Source: a virus (lineage: Duplodnaviria > Caudoviricetes). Taken from it: a stretch of 45,137 nt of DNA. Location: the IMG/VR virus record IMGVR_UViG_3300049070_000098, positions 1-45,137 of that record. One strand, given 5' to 3'. Under the pieces are notes generated by a model. It saw nothing but the letters and a program-made list of their open reading frames with translations. It did no database searches and was not told the origin of the DNA. This document shows positions 6,783-14,875 of the stretch, piece by piece. Position numbers and translations under genes: made by a program. The first letter of the stretch is position 1, and each line of letters starts with the position of its first letter.

Positions 6783-6900
6783 CTGGGGTCATGAGGAAGT
6801 CAAGTGTGATAGTGTGGGAACTGTACACCTACACCGGCACAAAGCCGTGGTTCGGGACAAGCGGCTGGACCAAACCCGACGGTCCCCTCATGACTCTCAG
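6783..6900 (+). ncRNA. Putative multibranch ncRNA with complementary (kissing) loops
   Basis: P1 6786-96/6886-96, P2 6812-18/6828-34, P3 6843-48/6861-66, P4 6867-71/6881-85; loops TCGGG and CCCGA are complementary. Confidence 0.6.
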
Positions 6901-6906
6901 CTTTTT

Positions 6907-7092
6907 ATGACGCAATACTTCAACATCCGCGTTAAGCGAAACAATACTGGCGAAGAGCTGGCGAGCCCGGAGCTCATCAGCGAACTCTTCGCATACCTAG
7001 TGGAACACCCATACTCGGTAGTCGAAGTAACTGAGGACGTCCAGGCCCGTGGCTTGGGCGAATCTATCGAGGAACCAGAGCGACCGGAGTAG
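6907..7092 (+). CDS. Hypothetical acidic protein
   Basis: Start moved to ATG 6907, after the RNA structure. Confidence 0.55.
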   Translation: MTQYFNIRVKRNNTGEELASPELISELFAYLVEHPYSVVEVTEDVQARGLGESIEEPERPE

Positions 7093-7141
7093 GAACTATG
7101 GTAAGTCAATACAAATGTGATGTCTGTGGCATCAAATCGCT

Positions 7142-8062
7142 ATGAACTCTAACTTCCGACCAATGCTTGCGGTTAACGCGGACGACATCAATGAGCTTAC
7201 CTACCCGCTATATGGGAGCTTTAAGCTTGATGGGATAAGGTGCTACTGTGCGGCACTGGTTCCACCACCAGGAGACTCGTGCGTGCCCCTCACCAGAACC
7301 CTGAAGATCCTCCCAAATGCCCATGTTCGCGACAAACTGGCCAAACTTCCGCCAGGGTTTGATGGGGAGCTGATGTGTGTGGGCGGGTTTCAGGCCGTGC
7401 AGTCCGCATTCATGACGAGGCATGGATTTCCGGAATTCACCTACAACGTCTTTGACTGGGTCCCTGATAGTTGGGAGAGGGCCCCGTATTGTGAACGGCT
7501 GCTTAGGCTTCAAGATATGTGCATCAGGGCTCTGAAGGAGGAACACCATTTCGTTAGGTTCCTCAACCAGCGGACACTACACAATCCCGATGAAGTGCAT
7601 GCGATGACGCAAGAGGCGTGGACCGAGGGCCACGAGGGGTTGATCCTAAGGTCAATGCATGGGCACTATAAGTTTGGTAGATCCACTCTGCGGGAAAGAC
7701 TCCTCCTGAAGGTTAAGCAGTTCGAGGATGCTGAAGCCGAGGTCATAGGGTTTGAGGAGTTGGTGCGCAATGAGAACGAGCCTGAGCGTAATGCGCTCGG
7801 ATATCAGGAGCGGAGCTCCCACAAGGAGAACATGGTTCCAGGTGGGACGCTTGGGGCGCTAAAGGTTCGTGACCACGCTGGAGTTGAGTTCTGCATAGGC
7901 ACTGGGTTTACACAAACACAACGCGACCTGATATGGGCGGAACGCAACAACCATATGGGTAGGATCGTTAAGTATCGTCACCAGCCTCATGGGAGACTCC
8001 ACCTGCCACGAATACCCACGTTCCTTGGATTCAGGGATAGGGAGGACATGTCGTATGAGTAA
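7142..8062 (+). CDS. lig: ATP-dependent DNA ligase
   Basis: KLDGIR adenylation motif, FDGEL, EGLILR, LLKVKQF and an OB-fold GTGF...P.FLGFR end. Confidence 0.95.
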   Translation: MNSNFRPMLAVNADDINELTYPLYGSFKLDGIRCYCAALVPPPGDSCVPLTRTLKILPNAHVRDKLAKLPPGFDGELMCVGGFQAVQSAFMTRHGFPEFTYNVFDWVPDSWERAPYCERLLRLQDMCIRALKEEHHFVRFLNQRTLHNPDEVHAMTQEAWTEGHEGLILRSMHGHYKFGRSTLRERLLLKVKQFEDAEAEVIGFEELVRNENEPERNALGYQERSSHKENMVPGGTLGALKVRDHAGVEFCIGTGFTQTQRDLIWAERNNHMGRIVKYRHQPHGRLHLPRIPTFLGFRDREDMSYE

Positions 8063-8231
8063 GCCCAAGCCAAGAATTCGTAGCGTTGATGTGAAGCCTC
8101 GCGATCAGAAGTGGATTGAGTGGGAGAAGCGATACGCCCAGGGAAAGGTTGAGGAGCATATCAAGTTCGCACCCTCAAAGAAGCCACTTGGCCCGGGGCG
8201 GTCCGCTAAATTGGCATCGAAGGACTGGTGA
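8055..8231 (+). CDS. Small basic hypothetical protein
   Basis: GGAGG SD; overlaps the ligase stop. Confidence 0.5.
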   Translation: MSKPKPRIRSVDVKPRDQKWIEWEKRYAQGKVEEHIKFAPSKKPLGPGRSAKLASKDW

Positions 8232-8452
8232 TGACTCGAGTTCTGGGCCAGTATCACTTTGGGGAGTTCATCGCTGAGGCGCGAGTGACGCACTATGGCA
8301 CGAGCGATAACCTCACCTACAGGATTGAGTGGCTGCCTGACAAGGTATTCACCTATACACTCATTGGAGCATCCCAGCCCCGCGCATCCCATGGCAGGGA
8401 GCTAATGCGTCAGCTGTGGTCACAGGTTAGGGAGCACTACGAAATAACATGA
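8228..8452 (+). CDS. Hypothetical protein
   Basis: Coupled by 4-bp overlaps on both sides. Confidence 0.6.
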   Translation: MMTRVLGQYHFGEFIAEARVTHYGTSDNLTYRIEWLPDKVFTYTLIGASQPRASHGRELMRQLWSQVREHYEIT

Positions 8453-8751
8453 CAAAATTACGCTGGAGGTTGTTACTAGTTCAAGACGCTATTTACTATT
8501 GGTTCTGGGAAAAGGTGGTGGCTTGGCGTAGGAAGCACCATAAAAATTGTCGGTGTGCGTGTGGATATACATGTGGTGGTCCTGGTCGATGCAAAGAGGA
8601 TCTGTTTGAGGTCTGTATTCCTCAGCACTGGAAACGAGACTGTGACCACAATTGGAATGGCCCATACATTAGAGTGGGTCTCGGATTTTCAATAACCTGT
8701 AAGCATTGTGGGTGCACTGCGATGCACCACGACTGTGTTGTTGGCCCATAA
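8449..8751 (+). CDS. Cys/His-rich putative zinc-binding protein
   Basis: CRCACGYTC, CDHNW and CKHCG motifs; ATGA overlap. Confidence 0.6.
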   Translation: MTKLRWRLLLVQDAIYYWFWEKVVAWRRKHHKNCRCACGYTCGGPGRCKEDLFEVCIPQHWKRDCDHNWNGPYIRVGLGFSITCKHCGCTAMHHDCVVGP

Positions 8752-8784
8752 TCCCGTAACGCTGAACCAATGAAAATTTTCAAG

Positions 8785-8813
8785 TTTACAACCCGTTTTT
8801 ACCGATATATACT
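8785..8813 (+). promoter_or_regulatory. Promoter TTTACA-N17-TATACT heading the DNA-modification/polymerase operon
   Basis: Near-consensus family match. Confidence 0.75.
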
Positions 8814-8820
8814 GTCACTA

Positions 8821-8913
8821 TTGAGCACAGCCAATGACCATGTTGTCGAACTACTACTGTTCTGCACCGTGATACTTTGGCTGATCACCCTGAAAGTAAT
8901 CATATATGGCTGA
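8821..8913 (+). CDS. Possible 30-aa membrane peptide (not in ORF track)
   Basis: TTG near the TSS; MSTANDHVVELLLFCTVILWLITLKVIIYG; stop overlaps the next ATG. Confidence 0.4.
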   Translation: MSTANDHVVELLLFCTVILWLITLKVIIYG

Positions 8914-9226
8914 ACAAAATTGGGCGGAGGAACTTTGGAAGGTGTATTATACCCACAAAATTAAGGGCAAGGTCCTGGACCTTGGACGAGTGGGAAAGAT
9001 ACGCGAGGCCTTCATGCAGGGCATGCACGCGGGCGGAGACCTCGTGCTAAAATTCGCCAAACTTTCGGATCAGCGATGCGTTGAATGCATCAAGGAGTTT
9101 CGCGATCAGATCGTGGCTGCCCTCCACGGAGCCAACGTCCTCAATGCCGACATTAGGACGGAGCTTCCATCAGTTATTCGCCCCGGGGGCGGGGATTATC
9201 GTCCTCGAAATGGGAGGCCTCGATGA
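8906..9226 (+). CDS. Hypothetical protein
   Basis: Coupled to the methyltransferase by ATGA; REAFMQGMHAG is a common phage motif. Confidence 0.65.
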   Translation: MAEQNWAEELWKVYYTHKIKGKVLDLGRVGKIREAFMQGMHAGGDLVLKFAKLSDQRCVECIKEFRDQIVAALHGANVLNADIRTELPSVIRPGGGDYRPRNGRPR

Positions 9227-10083
9227 GCAATGCACGAAAGAAAGCCGTCGACACCACTTACCTATCTCTTGATACCGCCGAAGAGCGGGGATTCATCCAC
9301 AGGGACTATATCGCCCACTGCATGCGTTGGTCGCACGTTGTTCGCGAAATCACTGTCAAGCGCAACTATGAGCGAGCCATCCTGCTTGATGTTGGATGTG
9401 GTCGGGAACTCCCCCTCGCCAAACTTCTATATTCGTCTCGATTACACCCACGCCAATATGTGGGGGTTGATTACGGGCCAGTAGAGGACGCGGCGATGGA
9501 GGTCTTCCACACCGGGAAGTTCCCCCTCACAGTGTATGAGAGGACGGACTTCTGTGACCTCATTCCCGAGAATTTTCCTGATGGTCAGCCTAACTGGGTG
9601 ACCTGCTTCGAAGTGCTTGAGCACGTCGAGCCCGAGCACATGGTGAGGATGCTGAAACATCTCAAGACCCTCGTGACCAAGGATGCGCGGCTATTCTTCT
9701 CCACCCCCTGCTACAACCACCAGGACTTGGCCGCCAACCACGTGAGCGAGATCACGTATGAGGCGCTCGGAGCTGTGTTCTCTGCCCTTGGATTTCACGT
9801 CAATGGCGTATGGGGAACATTCGCATCAATACGCGACTATGAGCAGGGGCTATCAACACGAGGAATAAGTCCTGAGCTGTTCAACAGCTTACGTGGCTAT
9901 TACGACGTGAATTTTCTCTCATGTGTTTTTGCACCCCTATTTCCAGCGCAGTCACGGAACTGCTTGTGGGAGTTAGGACTTGAGCCGAAACATACACGAT
10001 ATACTTTTCAGGACTTGGATGCCTGCAAAACCCCCTGGACTTCGTCTGAGAATTGGGAAACCCTAAGGGAGGCCGTCAAGTGA
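9223..10083 (+). CDS. Class I SAM-dependent methyltransferase (small-molecule type, not a canonical DNA MTase)
   Basis: LLDVGCG motif I, YVGVD, CFEVLEHV, FFSTP; no DPPY/NPPY/SPPY or C5-MTase PCQ motif. Confidence 0.9.
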   Translation: MSNARKKAVDTTYLSLDTAEERGFIHRDYIAHCMRWSHVVREITVKRNYERAILLDVGCGRELPLAKLLYSSRLHPRQYVGVDYGPVEDAAMEVFHTGKFPLTVYERTDFCDLIPENFPDGQPNWVTCFEVLEHVEPEHMVRMLKHLKTLVTKDARLFFSTPCYNHQDLAANHVSEITYEALGAVFSALGFHVNGVWGTFASIRDYEQGLSTRGISPELFNSLRGYYDVNFLSCVFAPLFPAQSRNCLWELGLEPKHTRYTFQDLDACKTPWTSSENWETLREAVK

Positions 10084-10406
10084 CTGGAACTTGGAAAGCA
10101 CCCGATAGGACGATACACACCTCGAAGGGGGATGTGACGATTGAAACTTATCACGCAGTGGAGATGTTGATGCGCCTCCCAGGTAAGATGGTCGCGTGCC
10201 ACAGCCTAACCACGGGCCAGATAATCACAGTTGCCGAGGACGAAATAACTTATGATACAAATCGAACCAATGCAGCTGGAGCGGATCCTAAGCCGGCTCC
10301 AGAGAACAGTCAAGGAGAACAGCAACTCCCTATCAGTGGAGGGGCAGATAGTTCAGGCGATAGGCGTGTTGCTTCAGGCGATCCAGCTCCGAAACCAACC
10401 AACTGA
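10080..10406 (+). CDS. Hypothetical protein (3' half overlaps the next gene)
   Basis: GTGA coupling at 10080; low-complexity tail in the overlap. Confidence 0.4.
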   Translation: MTGTWKAPDRTIHTSKGDVTIETYHAVEMLMRLPGKMVACHSLTTGQIITVAEDEITYDTNRTNAAGADPKPAPENSQGEQQLPISGGADSSGDRRVASGDPAPKPTN

Positions 10407-10860
10407 CTTCTTTGGGGACATCGCGCAGTTTCATCACAAATTCGGGCTGGCATATCAGGGAGCACCTCGATTCCTTGATGAGGACACCCAGGAGCATCGA
10501 ATACTTACCCTTGATGAGGAGCTTCGCGAATATGCTGAGGCTATTGTGGCAAAGGACCTCGAGAAGCAATTCGACGCGCTGATCGACCTCGTCTACTTTG
10601 CCCTTGGAACTGCCCATTTGCATGGATTCCCGTTTCGTGAGGGCTGGGTGCGCGTTCATGACGCGAATATGCGAAAAGTTCGCGCCAAGCCTGATGGGTC
10701 AGACAGCAAGCGCGGTGCGGATGGCAAGGGGTTCGCCTGTGACGTGATCAAGCCGCCCGGATGGGTGGTGCCTCGACTCTATGACCTCATGGGGCTGCCC
10801 GAACCAAAACCCAAGATCAAGCTACCTGAAGTTACTGATGAAGAACCTAATAATAGTTGA
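10252..10860 (+). CDS. MazG-like / all-alpha NTP pyrophosphohydrolase (putative dCTPase)
   Basis: FHHKFG, LDEELREY, DALIDLVYFALG, VHDANMRK and KPPGW motifs. Confidence 0.88.
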   Translation: MIQIEPMQLERILSRLQRTVKENSNSLSVEGQIVQAIGVLLQAIQLRNQPTDFFGDIAQFHHKFGLAYQGAPRFLDEDTQEHRILTLDEELREYAEAIVAKDLEKQFDALIDLVYFALGTAHLHGFPFREGWVRVHDANMRKVRAKPDGSDSKRGADGKGFACDVIKPPGWVVPRLYDLMGLPEPKPKIKLPEVTDEEPNNS

Positions 10861-11365
10861 GGGACCCGACTGCTCGGGCAAGTCTACGCTCGCAAAATAT
10901 CTCGTGCACAGGCTAGGGGGCGTATATTGGCATGCATCAGGCCATCGTCACCTCCACGGCGGGATGGGTGCATACCACGCCAACATCATCGAGAATATTG
11001 AGTGGAACTTGCGACACAATCCACAGTGTGCTCCAATCATCCTCGATAGGTCTTGGATCTCGGAATATGTCTATGCGAACATATTTAGGCCCGCTTATCG
11101 TGGTCTATTTCCCTATGAGGCAGTACGAGAACGAATCAAGATCCTCGGGGGAATTTACATCATATGCGACCATGAGAAGATCCTCGAACTTCATGATAAG
11201 GAGCGTAATCCAGAGCATGCCTACACCAACGCTGACTTCTGGCGCGTGGTGCAGGATTATCGAATGTTCTGGAAGGAGCATAGGGACGATGACGACTACG
11301 CACACTACGACATGAATAAGCAGACACATCAGCAGGTCGCTGAGATGATCCTGAGGTGGGAATGA
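10838..11365 (+). CDS. P-loop deoxynucleoside monophosphate kinase (thymidylate-kinase-like)
   Basis: IIVEGPDCSGKST Walker A and ILDRSWISEYVY. Confidence 0.88.
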   Translation: MKNLIIVEGPDCSGKSTLAKYLVHRLGGVYWHASGHRHLHGGMGAYHANIIENIEWNLRHNPQCAPIILDRSWISEYVYANIFRPAYRGLFPYEAVRERIKILGGIYIICDHEKILELHDKERNPEHAYTNADFWRVVQDYRMFWKEHRDDDDYAHYDMNKQTHQQVAEMILRWE

Positions 11366-12174
11366 GCGCAATGTCAGCAACTTGGGAATGGAAGAGGCTG
11401 CTCCAGATCCTCTTCAACACTGGTGTGGACGTTAGTCCTCGAGGACAGCCAACCCTGGAGGTGATGGGCCACGTCTCAAAGATCAACATGCGTCGCCCAG
11501 TGATCAACCTGCCAGCTCGGGGGCTCAACTATCGATTCATGGCCGCTGAAGCCTTATGGACCCTGTCTGGGTCAAACAGGGTTTCGGAAATTGCGCAGTA
11601 TTGCAAGCATTGGGAGAGGTTCTCGGATGATGGCATCTTCCTTAGAGGATCATATGGCCCGATGTTTGTGGAGCAGGTTGGCTATGTGGCGGACTGCTTG
11701 ATTCGGGACCCCTTAACCCGGCAAGCCGTCATGTCGTTTTGGCGGGTTAATCCACGGGACAGTAAGAACATCCCATGCACCCTGACGATTCAATTCCTCG
11801 TTAGAGACGCGATAATTCATGCGGACGTGACGATGCGTTCATCTGATGCTTGGCTGGGTTGGCCGTATGACGTGTTCACGTTTAGTATGATCACGTGGTA
11901 TGTCGCCTTGATGGTGAATCTGAAGCGTGGGAAGGGGTGTATTGCAGAGCTAGGTGACCTGACCATCTTCGCTGGGTCCCAGCACCTTTATCAGGAACAC
12001 TGCATGGTTGCGCGTGAGTGCATGAATGCGAAGTGGTCACCACAGGATGATGTTGTGTATAGTTTGACTCAGTTTAATCATCCTGAGGACATATTGGATT
12101 ATTTGGGTAACGCTATCGTTGAGCCTAATAAGACTTTTGAGAGGAGTCCAACAACAAGGCTTGTTATCCCGTGA
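11362..12174 (+). CDS. Thymidylate-synthase-fold enzyme, predicted dCMP (hydroxy)methyltransferase
   Basis: Catalytic PC, MRSSD..LGWPYD with Asp at the position of E. coli ThyA Asn177, and SQHLY. Confidence 0.85.
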   Translation: MSAMSATWEWKRLLQILFNTGVDVSPRGQPTLEVMGHVSKINMRRPVINLPARGLNYRFMAAEALWTLSGSNRVSEIAQYCKHWERFSDDGIFLRGSYGPMFVEQVGYVADCLIRDPLTRQAVMSFWRVNPRDSKNIPCTLTIQFLVRDAIIHADVTMRSSDAWLGWPYDVFTFSMITWYVALMVNLKRGKGCIAELGDLTIFAGSQHLYQEHCMVARECMNAKWSPQDDVVYSLTQFNHPEDILDYLGNAIVEPNKTFERSPTTRLVIP

Positions 12175-14090
12175 GGCGACGATATAACACCACTAAGTCT
12201 GAGGGCTTGTGCGGCACGTTGTTCGCCCCAACCTCAGATTGGATGCCTCCCGCTCGATTCCCAAATCTTAAGGGCGTCAAGAAGATTGGCCTCGACACTG
12301 AGACCAATGATCCGAACCTCCATGAACGTGGTCCAGGATTCATACGCGGTGATGCCCACGTAGCTGGCGTGAGTGTCGCGACAGATGATGCTAGGTGGTA
12401 TTTCCCAACCAGACACCTTGGTGGGGGAAACATGAATCCTGACGCTGTTAATGCGTTCCTCACGGACCTACTCAAGGAGGAGCGCTGGATCATTGGAGCG
12501 TCGCTCCTATATGATCAGGAGGCGTTGTGGTCGACTGGAATTACGATCAACCCCAAGTCCAGGCTCATCGACGTTCAAATCGCTGAAGCCATCCTCGAGG
12601 AGGAGCGTGACCGCAACTATAAGCTTGAGACCCTGTGTCAGGACTATCTTGACACGGGCAAGGACGAGACACTTTTGAGGGAAGCCGCGAGTGCTTATGG
12701 CGTTTCTACTAAAGAGGGCCTATGGAAGCTTCACTCAAAATACGTGGGGTCTTACGCAGAATTTGATGCGTGGGCCCCACTAAAGATTTTCGAGAAGCAA
12801 TATGAACGACTTAAGAGTGACGACCTACTTCGGATCTTTGAGCTCGAATCACGGCTGCTGCCTCTTATCTGGAAGATGCGACTCAATGGAATTCCTGTGG
12901 ATCTTGAAGCGGCGGCATCCCTTAGTGCGACACTTAAGGAGCGTGAGGGGGAAGCTAGAGTCCAAATGCGGAGAGACCACGGTCATGATGTGGACGTATG
13001 GTCGGGAGATCAGCTGGCAGCTGTATGTGACAAGCTTGGGATCAGCTACCCCAGGACGCCCAAGGGGAATCCGTCCTTTGAGTCAGAGTTCCTGGAATCG
13101 GATGAGCACGAGCACGCTTTCCTTAGATCTGTTGGAAACATTAGAAAGCTTAATCGATTTCGTTCGACCTTTATCGATGACTGGATATTCGGGAATCAGA
13201 TTCGCGGCAAGGTTCACCCGGAATGGCGACAGCTTATGTCTGACGAAGGTGGAACTAGAACCGGACGAATGGCTGCAGCGAATCCTAACCCGCAGCAAGT
13301 CCCCGCCGACAAATTTCGAGATGGACGTCCTAATGCTATTGGCGAGGCCATAAGGAAGTGCTTCGTGGCTCGACCGGATAAGTGGGCGAAGATTGACTAC
13401 TCGCAGCAGGAGCCCCGCATACTGGTCCACTACGCATTCATCTGTGGGATGGCTGGTGCTGAGGCCGCACGCGATGGATACGCGGCTGATCGTAAGATGG
13501 ACATCTACCAGTTCCTTGCGAATGCCGCCCAGATAACTCGGCGCCACTCGAAGGACATGACGCTCGGGCGAATGTATGGCATGGGCAAAAACAAGCTGGC
13601 GTCCAAGATCGGGGTATCCGTCGCAGAGGCGGAAGCCCTACTCCAAAAATTTGACGCACACGTTCCATTCGTTAAGGAGATGGCAGATACGGCAAGCAGA
13701 TTAGCGAATCAGCGCGGATGGGTCCAGACACTGTGCGGTAGGAAGCGTCACTTCAACATGTGGGAGCCACGCTTCCAGAAGGGTGAGCGTCCGATGCCCA
13801 ACTTAGACGCCGCCCGAGCCAAGTGGCCGAATGAGACGCTGACGCGCTATGGTGCCCACAAAGCCCTGAACTCGCTAATCCAGGGTTCTGCTGCTGACAT
13901 GGTTAAGTCTGCGATATTGGCAGTCCATGATCAGATGGGCTTGGTCCCATTCATGGCTGTTCACGATGAGATTGACTATGGAGTTCCGGACGAGGAGACG
14001 GCCAAGAAGATACAGCACATCGCGGAGAATTGCGTTGACATGAAGGTCCCCATTGTGGCGGATCTATCCATAGGAGACCACTGGAAATGA
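12171..14090 (+). CDS. polA: Family A DNA polymerase with 3'-5' exonuclease
   Basis: LDTET exo I, TRTGR, DYSQQEPR (motif A), KDMTLGRMYG (motif B), IQGSAAD and VHDE (motif C). Confidence 0.97.
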   Translation: MRRRYNTTKSEGLCGTLFAPTSDWMPPARFPNLKGVKKIGLDTETNDPNLHERGPGFIRGDAHVAGVSVATDDARWYFPTRHLGGGNMNPDAVNAFLTDLLKEERWIIGASLLYDQEALWSTGITINPKSRLIDVQIAEAILEEERDRNYKLETLCQDYLDTGKDETLLREAASAYGVSTKEGLWKLHSKYVGSYAEFDAWAPLKIFEKQYERLKSDDLLRIFELESRLLPLIWKMRLNGIPVDLEAAASLSATLKEREGEARVQMRRDHGHDVDVWSGDQLAAVCDKLGISYPRTPKGNPSFESEFLESDEHEHAFLRSVGNIRKLNRFRSTFIDDWIFGNQIRGKVHPEWRQLMSDEGGTRTGRMAAANPNPQQVPADKFRDGRPNAIGEAIRKCFVARPDKWAKIDYSQQEPRILVHYAFICGMAGAEAARDGYAADRKMDIYQFLANAAQITRRHSKDMTLGRMYGMGKNKLASKIGVSVAEAEALLQKFDAHVPFVKEMADTASRLANQRGWVQTLCGRKRHFNMWEPRFQKGERPMPNLDAARAKWPNETLTRYGAHKALNSLIQGSAADMVKSAILAVHDQMGLVPFMAVHDEIDYGVPDEETAKKIQHIAENCVDMKVPIVADLSIGDHWK

Positions 14091-14443
14091 CCGAATACGA
14101 GCCAGTTAAAGTTGAGCGTAAATATCCGATTGGCAAGTTTGGGCGTCCAGATAAGAAGCGACGTCCCATACGTGTGTATCGAGCGAAGTTGGAAGAATTG
14201 TCGGAACTGAAGTGGGCCGCGCTACGAGACATCCAATACCTTAATGATCGGATCGCTAATGAAGTTCTTGACGAAGCGGAGCGCAAGTTGATAGATGATC
14301 AGCTTGCAGAAGCAAGGCGATACCTTACTCAGTATGACGACTATATGCGTCAAATACGGACAACCCCGTATCGAGATGCACGTCCCAAGAAGAAGCAGCG
14401 TGAGGAGGCATACAAGACGCCTGAACCATACGAGGGGCCATGA
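14087..14443 (+). CDS. Hypothetical basic coiled-coil protein
   Basis: ATGA-coupled on both sides. Confidence 0.65.
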   Translation: MTEYEPVKVERKYPIGKFGRPDKKRRPIRVYRAKLEELSELKWAALRDIQYLNDRIANEVLDEAERKLIDDQLAEARRYLTQYDDYMRQIRTTPYRDARPKKKQREEAYKTPEPYEGP

Positions 14444-14829
14444 CTGAAAAGGAGCTCTACGCTAAGTTGCGAGAAATTCTGCCCGGGGATTTTCTTCGTG
14501 TTGAGAATGGCGTTGCCCTTGGTGTTCCAGACATTAACGTCTGCTATCAGGGTCTTGAGGTATGGATCGAGGCGAAGCTGGAGCTTCCTCAGGGTGTCCT
14601 CCTCAGGAAATTCCAATATGCTTGGGGTATCAAGAGGACGGGGTTTGGTGGCGTGGTGTTCTTGATCGCGCAGTGTTATACCCGTCCGTCAATATTTCTT
14701 GTGTGGCCGTGGGATGGCATTAAGGTCCAGCCGTATGGAAACTACTTAAAAGTGGTTGCATGCCCTGCAGCCATATTTGATGTAAGGACAAAGCGACAGG
14801 AATTTGTTAACTACATATTTAATGCATAG
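14440..14829 (+). CDS. PD-(D/E)xK nuclease, VRR-NUC / Holliday-junction-resolvase-like
   Basis: E...RVEN...GVPD...WIEAK...Q motif. Confidence 0.85.
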   Translation: MTEKELYAKLREILPGDFLRVENGVALGVPDINVCYQGLEVWIEAKLELPQGVLLRKFQYAWGIKRTGFGGVVFLIAQCYTRPSIFLVWPWDGIKVQPYGNYLKVVACPAAIFDVRTKRQEFVNYIFNA

Positions 14830-14840
14830 ATATTTACATG

Positions 14841-14869
14841 TTTACAACCGTAACACGGAGCATTATACT
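14841..14869 (+). promoter_or_regulatory. Promoter TTTACA-N17-TATACT (leaderless, ATG at 14876)
   Basis: Promoter family match; ATG 6 nt after the -10. Confidence 0.75.
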
Positions 14870-14875
14870 TAATAT

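Noticed and set aside
6783-6900. Cobalamin riboswitch or pistol/hammerhead ribozyme
   Set aside because: Only fragments (GGGAA, ACTGTA) resemble the B12 element; the conserved cores of these families could not be found by eye
9223-10083. Restriction-modification DNA methyltransferase
   Set aside because: No DPPY/NPPY/SPPY or PCQ/ENV catalytic motifs
11362-12174. Ordinary thymidylate synthase (thyA)
   Set aside because: The specificity residue is Asp (PYD), not Asn (PFN), and the gene context is a modification operon, so the thyA symbol was withheld
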